From Myxococcota bacterium (lineage in GTDB: Bacteria; Myxococcota_A; UBA9160; UBA6930), in contig OZ245015.1 of assembly GCA_965223705.1 (NCBI GenBank), forward strand, positions 1,152,001-1,216,000: a stretch of DNA of 64,000 nt. Direction: 5' to 3'. The position numbers and the translations under genes are program-made. The notes under the pieces are model-generated. The model worked only from the letters and a program-made list of their open reading frames with translations, made no database searches and was not told the DNA's origin. Below, piece by piece: positions 1-9,197 of this stretch (the first letter of the stretch is position 1; each line of letters opens with the position of its first letter).

Positions 1-996
1 CAGTTGTATCGGCGCGGTCTGCGACGCGCCGGCCGCTTACCTTGCGTGGTTGTCAGCATCGGCAACGTCGTTGTCGGAGGTTCGGCCAAAACTCCGCTCG
101 CCGCTTTCGTAGCGAAGTCGCTCCGCGGCGCGGGCGAACGAGTCGCTCTCGCGAGTCGAGGCTACGGTCGCGAGGAAGGTGCTGCGGTGGACGTCGTCTC
201 CGACGGAAGGCACGTATGCAGCCCGGCCGCCCGGTCCGGTGATGAACCGTGGCTTCTCGCCGGGCTCGTGCCGGGCGTCCCGGTGTTGGTGGGTCGCGAT
301 CGCCGCCGCGTCGGATTGCGAGCGGTGTCTTTGTACTCGACCGACGTGCTGGTCCTCGACGACGGCTTTCAGCACCACCGTCTAGCGCGCGACGTGTCCA
401 TCGTGTGCGTGGACGCCCATGCGGGCTTCGGAAATCGACGCATTCTCCCGGCGGGTCCGCTCCGGGAACCGCTCGCAGCTCTCTCGGCCGCCGACGCGGT
501 GGTCGTGGTCGACGGCGCGCTCTCCCCCGGCGACGACGTCTTGCTCGCGCGCTACAGCGAAGGAGCGCCGCGTTTCACGGCTCGTCGACAGCCCACCAGG
601 CTTTGGAATCTCGCGGACCGCGCGCCGATGGATCTGGCGACGATGCGCGGCCGGCGAGTCGGTCTCTTGTCGGCGATCGCGCGTCCAGCCGGGCTGCGAC
701 ACACGGTTGCGTCTCTGGGCGCTACAGTCGTCGCGGAGCGCCATTTCCGGGATCACCATCGCTACCGGGCGCGCGATGTCGCGCGCTTGGGCGACGACGC
801 GTCCGTTTGGATCACCACCGAAAAAGACGCGATGAAGATTCGTCCCGAATGGTTGCCGGGGCTTTCCGTTTTCGTGCTCGGTATCGATCTGCATTTCGAG
901 GACCCCGCGAGTTTCGACGCGTTTCTCAAAGACGCGGTCGCCACGGGGCGCGAAGAGAAGAGGATCCGCCGGGGTAGAGGAGTGCATGTCGCTTGA
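1..996 (+). CDS. lpxK: Tetraacyldisaccharide 4'-kinase (5' end probably outside window)
   Basis: VVSIGNVVVGGSAKTP, SRGYG, GDEP, VLDDGFQH, LPAGPLREP, FRDHHRY and TTEKDAMK motifs. Confidence 0.95.
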   Translation, partial: QLYRRGLRRAGRLPCVVVSIGNVVVGGSAKTPLAAFVAKSLRGAGERVALASRGYGREEGAAVDVVSDGRHVCSPAARSGDEPWLLAGLVPGVPVLVGRDRRRVGLRAVSLYSTDVLVLDDGFQHHRLARDVSIVCVDAHAGFGNRRILPAGPLREPLAALSAADAVVVVDGALSPGDDVLLARYSEGAPRFTARRQPTRLWNLADRAPMDLATMRGRRVGLLSAIARPAGLRHTVASLGATVVAERHFRDHHRYRARDVARLGDDASVWITTEKDAMKIRPEWLPGLSVFVLGIDLHFEDPASFDAFLKDAVATGREEKRIRRGRGVHVA

Positions 997-1789
997 CCCG
1001 TGCGTACTCGCGCGGCAGCGCCCGCCACAACGCGCGCCGTAGCGTTCGGTCGCCTGCGACGTACGCGCTGAAGAAGGTCGCGAGACCGACCTTCCCGACC
1101 CGCGCAAGACAACCGCGCTTGGCGCCCGAACGAAACAGGCGCATGAGCTCGCGCATGCGCCGCGCAGGCGTGAGGTCCGCGGGCTGCGGCGCACCGGAGA
1201 GGTCGATCACGGTTCCCTCCGGTTCGGCACCGGAAGCTCCCGAAACGAGCAAGTTCTTGATCTGAAGGTCCGGGTGCGAACCGCCGGCGTCGTGAAAGCG
1301 ACGGACCGCTTCGCCCAGCGCCCGCAGGCCCGTGAGGAGTTCCTCGATCGAACGGCATGCGGAGAGCCATGCCAGTGCATCTCGGCTGTCGCGGACGAAG
1401 ACGGTGCCGACGGCGCAGCGGTTTCCGTCCCTCCAGACCAGGGCGGGCTCCGGCACGGGTGCGGAGCGGTTTCGCAAGCTCGCGGTCACACCCAGTTCGC
1501 GAGTCGCGCGTTTCCACGCGTCGCGCGGACTCGCGACGAGCGCGCCGAACGCGCCGCCGCGGCGCAATTCCCGGACGAGGACGCGCTCCCCCAGCGCGGG
1601 TAGCGACAACACGGCGGTTGCGGCGCGTCCCCGGGGTCCCGGGTGCTCCCGAAACGTTCGGGCCAACGCGCCGACGCAACACAGTTCCAGGTCACGTTCC
1701 GACCGAAGCGCGGCTTCGATGCGCGGAGTCGCGGCGAGATCGACGTCACCCCGACAAATCGGAATCAGCTCGAAGCTAGAGCTCTGCAA
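926..1789 (-). CDS. Kdo/WaaP-family lipopolysaccharide kinase
   Basis: LRRGG, FHDAGGSHPDLQIKNLLV, VIDL and RLFRS kinase motifs; LPS gene context; start uncertain. Confidence 0.75.
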   Translation of the reverse strand: MQSSSFELIPICRGDVDLAATPRIEAALRSERDLELCCVGALARTFREHPGPRGRAATAVLSLPALGERVLVRELRRGGAFGALVASPRDAWKRATRELGVTASLRNRSAPVPEPALVWRDGNRCAVGTVFVRDSRDALAWLSACRSIEELLTGLRALGEAVRRFHDAGGSHPDLQIKNLLVSGASGAEPEGTVIDLSGAPQPADLTPARRMRELMRLFRSGAKRGCLARVGKVGLATFFSAYVAGDRTLRRALWRALPREYARVKRHALLYPGGSSSLRAPWRPRL

Positions 1790-2915
1790 GTCGGGCGCGC
1801 CGCACCAACAGGAACGCGAGTCCCGCCGTCAGGACGTTCGGAATCCAAAGCGATACCGCGGCGGGGAGGGTGCCACTCTCCGCGAGATAGATGCCGACGG
1901 AAAGCGCGGCGTAGTAGCCGAACACGATCGCGACACACAGGAAGACGCCCCAGGAGCGCGCGCCTCGCGAACGGCGAAGTCCCAGCGGGACCCCCATGAT
2001 GCCAAACAGCAGCGGAGCGACGGGAAGGGCGAAGCGTCGATGCAGCTGAATCTCGTACGACTCCGGCGTCAACACGCGCGCCCACGAAGGCGCACGGCCC
2101 TCGTTCTCGAAGTTCTCGAGCGCGTCGAAGAGGACCTCGGTGTCGAGCTCGGGCGGGCGCAATCGGTGGAGCTTCGCTCCGAGTACTTCACTCAAATCGA
2201 AGGTGTAGCGCGCTTCGCCGAACGCGATGCGGCGGTAGCTGTTCGATTCGGGATGGGGTGTTTCGAAATGGATGTCGCCGTTGGCGAGAGTCAGTGTCAC
2301 GATCGCTGTCTCGCGATCGAAGTTGAAGTCGCCCCCTTCGGAAAAAACCGTAAACGGGCGCTCCTGATTCGTGCGGTCGGAGATCACGACGCCTGTCAGG
2401 CGCAGGTTCTCGTCCCGGTCTTCGACAAACAGCAGCCGCTTTCCGCTGCTGTCGAGACGGATGAACTCTCCGGGCTGGATCATCGACCCGCTCGCCGCGA
2501 TTTCCGCGGCCATTGCGCGGATATGACGCCGCGCACGCGGTTCGACCGAATGAAGCAGGTAAGCCGTCGTCGCGGCGACGAGCAACCCGCACAAGACGAC
2601 CGGCGCAGAGAACTGCGCGAGGCTGACCCCAAGCGCTTTCATCGCGGTCCATTCCGAGTCCGAGGAAAGCCGGCCGACCGCAGCGAGCACCCCGAAGAGA
2701 AACGCCACGGGAACCGCGTAGGACGCCAACATGGCGCACAGGCTGCCTGCGATTCCCAACACTTCGCTGGGCGAGACCGTGGCGCCGCCCAGATCGCCGA
2801 GACGGCGCAAGAGGTTCTGTAGGACCAAGACCGAGCTCACACCGAGCAAACCCACGCCGGCGTACACGCCGACTTCGCGAAGGACGTAGCGGGACAAGGT
2901 GCCTGAGAGCTTCAT
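1776..2915 (-). CDS. lptF: LPS export permease LptF/LptG family
   Basis: Start at MKLSGTLSRYVLRE; GRLSSDSEWTAMKALGVS, HRRFALP and WIPNV motifs. The upstream part of the 767-aa track ORF is an antisense shadow. Confidence 0.85.
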   Translation of the reverse strand: MKLSGTLSRYVLREVGVYAGVGLLGVSSVLVLQNLLRRLGDLGGATVSPSEVLGIAGSLCAMLASYAVPVAFLFGVLAAVGRLSSDSEWTAMKALGVSLAQFSAPVVLCGLLVAATTAYLLHSVEPRARRHIRAMAAEIAASGSMIQPGEFIRLDSSGKRLLFVEDRDENLRLTGVVISDRTNQERPFTVFSEGGDFNFDRETAIVTLTLANGDIHFETPHPESNSYRRIAFGEARYTFDLSEVLGAKLHRLRPPELDTEVLFDALENFENEGRAPSWARVLTPESYEIQLHRRFALPVAPLLFGIMGVPLGLRRSRGARSWGVFLCVAIVFGYYAALSVGIYLAESGTLPAAVSLWIPNVLTAGLAFLLVRRARLAEL

Positions 2916-3086
2916 CGGTGAGTATGCTAACGCCCCGGTGCGCATCGGCGAGGCGCGGATCGCTCCGGCGAGACCACCGGCGCGAAAGAAGCGAGGCCCA
3001 TCATCACGTCCAGCGAGAACCCCGCTGCGGAGACCCGGTGGGCCTGCGAAAACCCGCTCGCTGAGGCGCCCCCGGCAGAACGCCTC

Positions 3087-4139
3087 TTGGTGTTGCGTTT
3101 GGGCGCGGTCGGTGACGTGGTTCGCACACTGCCGGCGGCGAGCGCGCTGCGCGACCACTATGCCGACGCGCACCTCGCGTGGTTGGTCGAGCCCGGCGCG
3201 CAAAGCCTCCTCGAAGCGGTTCCTTGGATCGACGAAGTCCTGGTGTTCCCGCGTGCAGAGCTGCGGGAACGCGCAGAGCGGGGGGATCTCCGGGGCGTCG
3301 CGGCGCTGTTTCGCCGCTTCCTCCAGGCCCTTCGGGGCGGGCGCTTCGACACCGTGGTGGACTTCCATGCGATCTTGAAGAGCGGCGTGTTGGCGAAGCT
3401 CTCCGGAGCGCCCCGCCGGGTGTCCTACGCGCCGCCTTTTTCGCGGGAGGGGGCCTACTGGTTTGCGACGCATCGCGCGCGGCTCGGCAGCGGGAAACGC
3501 TCGCGATTCGAACGAAATCTGGGCCTGGTCCGCTATTTGGGCATCGGAGACGAGCCGCGCCCGCGACCTTTCGAGGTCGACGCGATCGCGAAGCGAGAGG
3601 CCTGGCGGAGCCTCGGGCTCACGAGCGGAGAACGCCCACCGATTGTGCTCCACCCCGGGACGAGCCCCGGAGCGTCCCACAAGCGCTACACCGTACCCGG
3701 CTACGCGGAGGTTGCGCGGCGCCTCGCCGATCGTGACGTGGCGTCGATCGTCACCTGGGGGCCGGCTCCCGGAGAGCGCGAATTCGCCGAGGCGATCGTC
3801 GCTTCCGCCGACGGTGCTGCGACGCTGGCCCCGGCGACGCCATCGCTGGTTTCGCTCGCTGCGCTTCTCGCATGTTCCCGAGCTTACGTCGGGAGTGACA
3901 CCGGGCCGATGCACCTGGCCTCTCTCGTCGGGACGCCTGTGGTGCAGCTGATGGGGCCGACAGACCCCGTGGAAAACGAGCCCTTCGCCGGCACGCCATG
4001 GCGGCGCGTCCGCGTTCAGATCGCCTGCAACCCGTGCCGCAGAGGATGCAGCGCCGCTCCGTGTATGGGGCTGATTCAACCCATTGATGTGGTGCGAGAA
4101 ACCCTCGCTCTGTTGACGGTGGCAGACCGGCGCTGTTAG
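3087..4139 (+). CDS. GT9 ADP-heptose:LPS heptosyltransferase
   Basis: RLGAVGDVV, LHPGTS, GSDTGPMHLA and GPTDP motifs; true start unclear (ERLL precedes the TTG). Confidence 0.88.
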   Translation: MVLRLGAVGDVVRTLPAASALRDHYADAHLAWLVEPGAQSLLEAVPWIDEVLVFPRAELRERAERGDLRGVAALFRRFLQALRGGRFDTVVDFHAILKSGVLAKLSGAPRRVSYAPPFSREGAYWFATHRARLGSGKRSRFERNLGLVRYLGIGDEPRPRPFEVDAIAKREAWRSLGLTSGERPPIVLHPGTSPGASHKRYTVPGYAEVARRLADRDVASIVTWGPAPGEREFAEAIVASADGAATLAPATPSLVSLAALLACSRAYVGSDTGPMHLASLVGTPVVQLMGPTDPVENEPFAGTPWRRVRVQIACNPCRRGCSAAPCMGLIQPIDVVRETLALLTVADRRC

Positions 4140-4201
4140 CGTCTACCCTCTCACCACCCTCCTTGGTTCTCCTAACTGTCCGATTTTGCGAGGAAAGTCA
4201 C

Positions 4202-5179
4202 CTGGCCGATCTCTCGATCGTGATCGTCACCTGGAATGCCCGGGACGTTCTGATGGACGCGCTGGCGTCGATCGAATCGGTCGTGCGCGGTCGCACCGAC
4301 GATGGCCGCATCGAGACCGAGACGCTCGTCGTCGACAACGGTTCCGCCGACGGGTCGGCGGAGGCCGTTCGCGAACGCTTCCCATGGGTGGAACTGATCG
4401 CGCTCGATGAGAACTTGGGTTTCGCTCGCGGCAACAATGTGGGGCTGCGACGGGCGAAAGGTCGCCACGCGCTGCTCCTGAACAGCGATACGGTCGTACT
4501 CCCCGACGCCCTCGAGTCCTGCGTCCGCTATCTCGACGCACACCCCGATGTCGGCGTCGTCGGTCCCCAGCTGCTGAACCCCGATCGCAGCAAGCAGAAT
4601 TGCATCCACAACTTCCCGGGCCTCGTCTCCGAAATCGTGCCCAAGGGTGTGCTCGAAACCCTCTTCCCGCGCCGCTACCCGTCGAAGCGGTACGTTCACC
4701 CCGAGCCCATCGAAGTCGAAGCAGTGCTCGGAGCGTGCTTGTTCGTCCGGGGCTCGGTGCTCGACGACGTCGGCCTGATGCCGGAGGACTACTTCTTTTT
4801 CCTCGAAGAGACGGACTGGTGTTTTCAGATTCGCCGCGCCGGGTGGAAGATTGTCCAGGTGCCAACGGCGCACGTGATCCACATCTTTGGAGCGAGTACG
4901 AAGAAAAAACTGCCCGCCCCGACCCGGATTGAATATCACCGCTCGCTCTACCACTTCTTCCGAAAGAACCGAGGGCCGGGTATGTGGTTTGCCGCGGTCG
5001 CGCTTCGGCTCGCAAAGCAGTTTCTGTACGCGGTGGCGCGCGCCCCGGTCGCCCTGTTCTCGGCCCGCGCGCGCGGCCGCTGGCAAGGTGACCTGCGGCT
5101 CCTGGCCTGGCACCTCGTGGGGCAGCCGGCCTCCTGGGGGCTCTCGGGACAGAGGAAGGTCGAAGGGGGAAAAGCGTGA
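4202..5179 (+). CDS. GT2 family glycosyltransferase
   Basis: DLSIVIVTWN, VVDNGSADGS, NLGFARGNN, LLNSD and FLEETDWC motifs. Probable CTG start at 4202 after GAGGA; alternative TTG at 4163. Confidence 0.9.
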   Translation: MADLSIVIVTWNARDVLMDALASIESVVRGRTDDGRIETETLVVDNGSADGSAEAVRERFPWVELIALDENLGFARGNNVGLRRAKGRHALLLNSDTVVLPDALESCVRYLDAHPDVGVVGPQLLNPDRSKQNCIHNFPGLVSEIVPKGVLETLFPRRYPSKRYVHPEPIEVEAVLGACLFVRGSVLDDVGLMPEDYFFFLEETDWCFQIRRAGWKIVQVPTAHVIHIFGASTKKKLPAPTRIEYHRSLYHFFRKNRGPGMWFAAVALRLAKQFLYAVARAPVALFSARARGRWQGDLRLLAWHLVGQPASWGLSGQRKVEGGKA

Positions 5180-6291
5180 AAGCCCTGGTGACCGGAGGCG
5201 CCGGTTTCGTCGGCTCCCATTTGGTGGACGCTCTCATTCGCGAGGGCCACGACGTGCGGGTGCTCGATAATCTCGATCCCCAGGTTCATGGGGAAGCGCG
5301 TCGCCCGCCGGACTACCTCCACCCGCAAGCGGAGCTCCAAGTCGGAGACGTGCGCGATCGAGACGCCGTGTCGCGCGCCATGGCGGACGTCGATGCGGTT
5401 TTTCACCAGGCGGCCGCCGTCGGCGTCGGTCAGTCGATGTACGAAATCGAGCGCTACGTCTCGGTGAACAGTGTCGGCGCCGCCGTTGTTCTCGAAGAGG
5501 CGGTGGCACGCCGCGACCAGCTCCGCCGCCTGGTCGTCGCTTCATCGATGTCGATCTACGGCGAAGGGGCCTATCGCGACGCGAGCGGGCGAGATGCTTT
5601 TCCCGGTCTGCGCAGTGAGGCGGACCTCGCCCGTCGCGAGTTCGAGTGCCGTGGGGAGGATGGTCGGAACCTGATCCCGGTTCCCACCAAGGAAACCAAG
5701 CCGCTCAAGCCGACCTCCATTTACGCGGTGACGAAGCGAGATCACGAGGAGATGTTCCTCTCCGTGGGCGCCGCGTACGGGATTCCGACCGTCGCGCTTC
5801 GCTACTTCAACATCTACGGGACGCGCCAGTCCCTCTCGAATCCCTACACCGGCGTGATGGCGATCTTTTCGTCGCGACTTCTCAACGGGAATCCTCCGAT
5901 CATTTTCGAAGATGGCCGCCAGACGCGAGATTTCGTCCACGTTTCGGACATTGTTCGCGCGAACGTGTTGGCGCTCACAAGCGAACGCGCCGTGGGGGGC
6001 GTGTACAACATCGGAACGGGGAAGCCGACTTCGGTATCGCAGATTGCCTCGGTGCTCGCAGAGAAGCTCGGCGTCGCTGCGCCCGCGGACGTCACCGCGC
6101 AATTTCGCGCCGGAGACATCCGGCACTGCTACGCGGATATCGATCGCGCCCGCGCCGATTTGGGCTACGCGCCGGAGGTGAGTCTCGAAGCCGGCATGGA
6201 GGAGCTTCTCGATTGGCTGCGCGGCCAGCAGCCCGATGACCGCGTCGCGGAAGCCGCGGACGAGTTGCAGAAGAGGGGGCTCACGCGGTGA
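5176..6291 (+). CDS. NAD-dependent nucleotide-sugar epimerase/dehydratase (extended SDR)
   Basis: TGGAGFVG, YAVTK (YxxxK), RYFNIYG, RDFVHV and GDIRHC motifs. Confidence 0.92.
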   Translation: MKALVTGGAGFVGSHLVDALIREGHDVRVLDNLDPQVHGEARRPPDYLHPQAELQVGDVRDRDAVSRAMADVDAVFHQAAAVGVGQSMYEIERYVSVNSVGAAVVLEEAVARRDQLRRLVVASSMSIYGEGAYRDASGRDAFPGLRSEADLARREFECRGEDGRNLIPVPTKETKPLKPTSIYAVTKRDHEEMFLSVGAAYGIPTVALRYFNIYGTRQSLSNPYTGVMAIFSSRLLNGNPPIIFEDGRQTRDFVHVSDIVRANVLALTSERAVGGVYNIGTGKPTSVSQIASVLAEKLGVAAPADVTAQFRAGDIRHCYADIDRARADLGYAPEVSLEAGMEELLDWLRGQQPDDRVAEAADELQKRGLTR

Positions 6292-6326
6292 AGCCGCGCC
6301 GTGTCGAACGAGGGTCTACCCGCTGA
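6288..6326 (+). other. 12-codon coupling mini-ORF MKPRRVERGSTR
   Basis: GTG overlaps the epimerase TGA; its TGA overlaps the ATG at 6326; degenerate 35-nt duplication of the junction. Confidence 0.45.
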
Positions 6327-7342
6327 TGCCGCGACTCGACTCGCGCCGGTTGGAGCGCCTGGTCCGTCGTTTTGAGGGATTGCGACTCCTGGTCGTCGGC
6401 GACGTGATGGTCGACGAATATCTCTGGGGCGACGTCGACCGCGTCAATCCCGAAGCGCCGGTGCCCGTGGTCCTCGTGACCCGAGAATCGACGGCGCTCG
6501 GCGGTGCGGGCAACGTCCTTCGCAACGCCGCCGCCTTGGGTGTCACGTGTTCGCTCTGTTCGGTCGTCGGTGAAGACGCCGCGGGAGACCGGGTCATCGA
6601 TCTACTGAAGGACCTGGGAGTCGATCCCAGCGCGGTGGTACGCGTGCCGGGCCGACCGACGACGCAGAAGACCCGCGTCGAGGCGCGCTCGCAACAGATG
6701 CTTCGCTTCGACCGCGAGACGGAAGATCCGATTCCGCGCGCGGTCGCCGCGCGACTCACCGATGCGATCGAAGCGCTGCTCCCGAAGACCGACGGCGTCA
6801 TCTTGGAGGACTACGGGAAGGGGCTCCTCACACAGGGTTTCGTCAAGGGTCTCCTGCGGCGCGCCATCGATTCCGACGTTCCGGTGACCGTCGATCCGAA
6901 GTTCGAGATCGCGATGTACCGGGGCGCGAGCCTCGTGAAACCAAACGTTCGAGAGATCGAGGCGTTTCTCGGGACGAAGATTCGCTCCCGAGACGATCTG
7001 GTGTCCGCGGGCAACCGGGTGCGGAAGAAGCTCGGCGGAAGTCCTCTGGTGGTGACGCGCGGTGCCGATGGCATGAGTGTGTTCGACGAGGGTGACGACG
7101 CTGTCGACGTGCCCGTCGCGCGCCGGAAGGTGTTCGACGTGCAGGGCGCCGGCGACACGTCGATCGTCGCTCTGACCCTCGCGAGACTCGCCGGAGCGAG
7201 TCTCGTCGAGGCTGCGATCATCGCGAACGCCGCTGCCGCCGTGGTCGTCGCCAAGGTGGGAACGGCGACGGCGACGGCCGACGAAATCGCGGCGCTGCTC
7301 CCGGATGCGGTGGCCGCGGCCAGGCGAGCGGGGCGCGCGTGA
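6326..7342 (+). CDS. rfaE1: D-glycero-D-manno-heptose-7-phosphate kinase (HldE/RfaE domain I, stand-alone)
   Basis: VVGDVMVDEY, VNPEAPVPV, GGAGNV, DYGKG and DVQGAGDT motifs; no adenylyltransferase domain. Confidence 0.9.
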   Translation: MPRLDSRRLERLVRRFEGLRLLVVGDVMVDEYLWGDVDRVNPEAPVPVVLVTRESTALGGAGNVLRNAAALGVTCSLCSVVGEDAAGDRVIDLLKDLGVDPSAVVRVPGRPTTQKTRVEARSQQMLRFDRETEDPIPRAVAARLTDAIEALLPKTDGVILEDYGKGLLTQGFVKGLLRRAIDSDVPVTVDPKFEIAMYRGASLVKPNVREIEAFLGTKIRSRDDLVSAGNRVRKKLGGSPLVVTRGADGMSVFDEGDDAVDVPVARRKVFDVQGAGDTSIVALTLARLAGASLVEAAIIANAAAAVVVAKVGTATATADEIAALLPDAVAAARRAGRA

Positions 7343-8223
7343 TCCGGAGCATGACCGGTTTCGGGCGCGCCACGGTTTCCGTCGGGGAGCAAGCCCTCCA
7401 AATCGAGATTCGGACGCTGAACCACCGCCACGCCGACGTGGGGGTCAGGCTCCCTCGAATTCTCCAGTCGCTCGATCACGAGCTGCGCGCAGAAGCGAAA
7501 CGCACGTTCGGTCGCGGCAAGATCGACATCAGCGCGAACCTCGTTTCCGAAGCGGCGCCGGGCGCCGTCCTGTCCATCGACACCGCCGCGGTTGCGCAGT
7601 ACGTCGAGGCAGCCGCGTCGTTCGCGGCGGACCACGGCGCCGACGGCGAGCTTCGGTCCGCCGAGCTCTTGGCGTTGCCGGGCGTGGCGAGACTCGTCGA
7701 AGGTGCGTTGCCCGAAACCGAAGCCGAGGAAGCGCTGAGGGCCGGTTTTCGCGAGGCGGCCGCGGCTGTGCAGGCGATGCGCGAGCGGGAGGGCGCGGGT
7801 CTCTACGAAGAGCTCACGTCACAGCTCGTCCGCGTTCGCGAACTGTGCGCCGCACTCGAGGCGCGTGCGGGTGACGTGGCACAGCTTGTCCGTGAAAGGC
7901 TTCGCAAGCGCGCCGAAGGGCTGCGCGACGAAACCGGCATTCTCGACGAAGCGAGACTTCATCAGGAAGTCGTGTTGGCCGCGGATCGCATGGACATCCG
8001 CGAAGAGCTCGTACGTCTCGGCAGCCATATCGATCAGTTTCGGTCGACCATCGACGGCGAGGGAGAACCGGTGGGTCGGCGGCTCGATTTTCTACTGCAA
8101 GAAATGGGACGTGAAGCGAACACGATCGGATCCAAAGCGGGCGACGCACCGCTCGCGCATCTGGTCGTCGACCTGAAGACCGAGCTCGAACGGATCCGCG
8201 AGCAGGTCCAGAACGTGGAGTAG
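7339..8223 (+). CDS. yicC: YicC/YloC family endoribonuclease
   Basis: MIRSMTGFG, RGKID, GRRLDFLLQEMGREANTIGSK and REQVQNVE motifs. Confidence 0.95.
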   Translation: MIRSMTGFGRATVSVGEQALQIEIRTLNHRHADVGVRLPRILQSLDHELRAEAKRTFGRGKIDISANLVSEAAPGAVLSIDTAAVAQYVEAAASFAADHGADGELRSAELLALPGVARLVEGALPETEAEEALRAGFREAAAAVQAMREREGAGLYEELTSQLVRVRELCAALEARAGDVAQLVRERLRKRAEGLRDETGILDEARLHQEVVLAADRMDIREELVRLGSHIDQFRSTIDGEGEPVGRRLDFLLQEMGREANTIGSKAGDAPLAHLVVDLKTELERIREQVQNVE

Positions 8224-8226
8224 CGC

Positions 8227-8517
8227 GTGGCCGCTTCCGAAACTCCGCGTGCGCCGGCCGTCCTCCGCATGCTCAACATCGGTTACGGAAACCTGGTCGC
8301 TGCAGAGCGGGTGGTGGCTATTGTCTCCCCGAACTCTTCGCCGATGAAACGCCTCCGCGAAGAGGCGGCCAACGCGGGGCGCTTGCTCGATGCGACCCAA
8401 GGCCGCCGTACGCGTTCGATCTTGGTGACCGACAGCCACCACATCATCCTTTCGGCGATCAACCCCGAGACCATTCAAGCGCGTCTCTCGAGTGATGCTG
8501 AGGAGGCGGGCCGGTGA
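8227..8517 (+). CDS. remA: DUF370/RemA family protein
   Basis: [17 protein letters not shown] and [11 protein letters not shown] motifs; yicC-remA-gmk synteny; alternative start ATG 8269. Confidence 0.88.
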   Translation: MAASETPRAPAVLRMLNIGYGNLVAAERVVAIVSPNSSPMKRLREEAANAGRLLDATQGRRTRSILVTDSHHIILSAINPETIQARLSSDAEEAGR

Positions 8518-9131
8518 CCGGGCGCACCGGGATTCCGTTTGTGGTGTCAGCACCGTCCGGGACCGGGAAGACCACCGTATGCCGCGCCGTGGTCCGCGGG
8601 GATCCCCAGCTCGAGTTCTCCGTTTCTCACACCACGCGAGCTCCCCGGGCAGGTGAGACCGACGGTGTCGACTACCACTTCGTTTCGACCCGAAAATTTC
8701 GCCAGTTGATCGAAGCCGACGCCTTCGTCGAATGGGCGGAGTACGCGGCGCAGCTCTACGGAACGAGCTGGAAGTCGATCGATGGTCCGTTGCAAGAAGG
8801 GCGCGACCTCCTCCTCGAAATCGAGGTGCAGGGTGCGGCGCAGATTCGAGCCCGGCGAGACGATGCCCGCCTGATCTTTCTCCTGCCGCCGTCGGCGGAA
8901 GAGCTCGAACGACGACTTCGCGGGCGGGGAACCGACGCACCCGACGTGATCGAACGTCGTCTGGCGCTCATCCAGCGCGAGTTCGAGGCGCGTCACGGAT
9001 TCGACTACGCGGTGATCAACGACGACCTCGACGAGTGCGTTCGCTCCGTCGAATCGATTGTCGCCGCCGAGCGCGCCGGGGACGTGTCCGCGGTCCGTGA
9101 GCGCTTTGCGGTGCCGAGAAATCTCGCATAA
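8514..9131 (+). CDS. gmk: Guanylate kinase
   Basis: [29 protein letters not shown] and FLLPPS motifs. Confidence 0.96.
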   Translation: MTGRTGIPFVVSAPSGTGKTTVCRAVVRGDPQLEFSVSHTTRAPRAGETDGVDYHFVSTRKFRQLIEADAFVEWAEYAAQLYGTSWKSIDGPLQEGRDLLLEIEVQGAAQIRARRDDARLIFLLPPSAEELERRLRGRGTDAPDVIERRLALIQREFEARHGFDYAVINDDLDECVRSVESIVAAERAGDVSAVRERFAVPRNLA

Positions 9132-9197
9132 TCGCATTTCGACTTCCCACGGGCCCTCAGCTATTTTTAGAGGGACGAAAAGTCGATAAGAATCAAG

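Noticed and set aside
3038..3064. Mini-ORF MGLRKPAR before the heptosyltransferase as another relay ORF
   Set aside because: No upstream stop overlap and its stop does not meet a start; may be a 1-nt error hiding the real N-terminus
2916..4079. 388-aa N-terminal extension of LptF
   Set aside because: Antisense to the heptosyltransferase; LptF homology begins at ATG 2915
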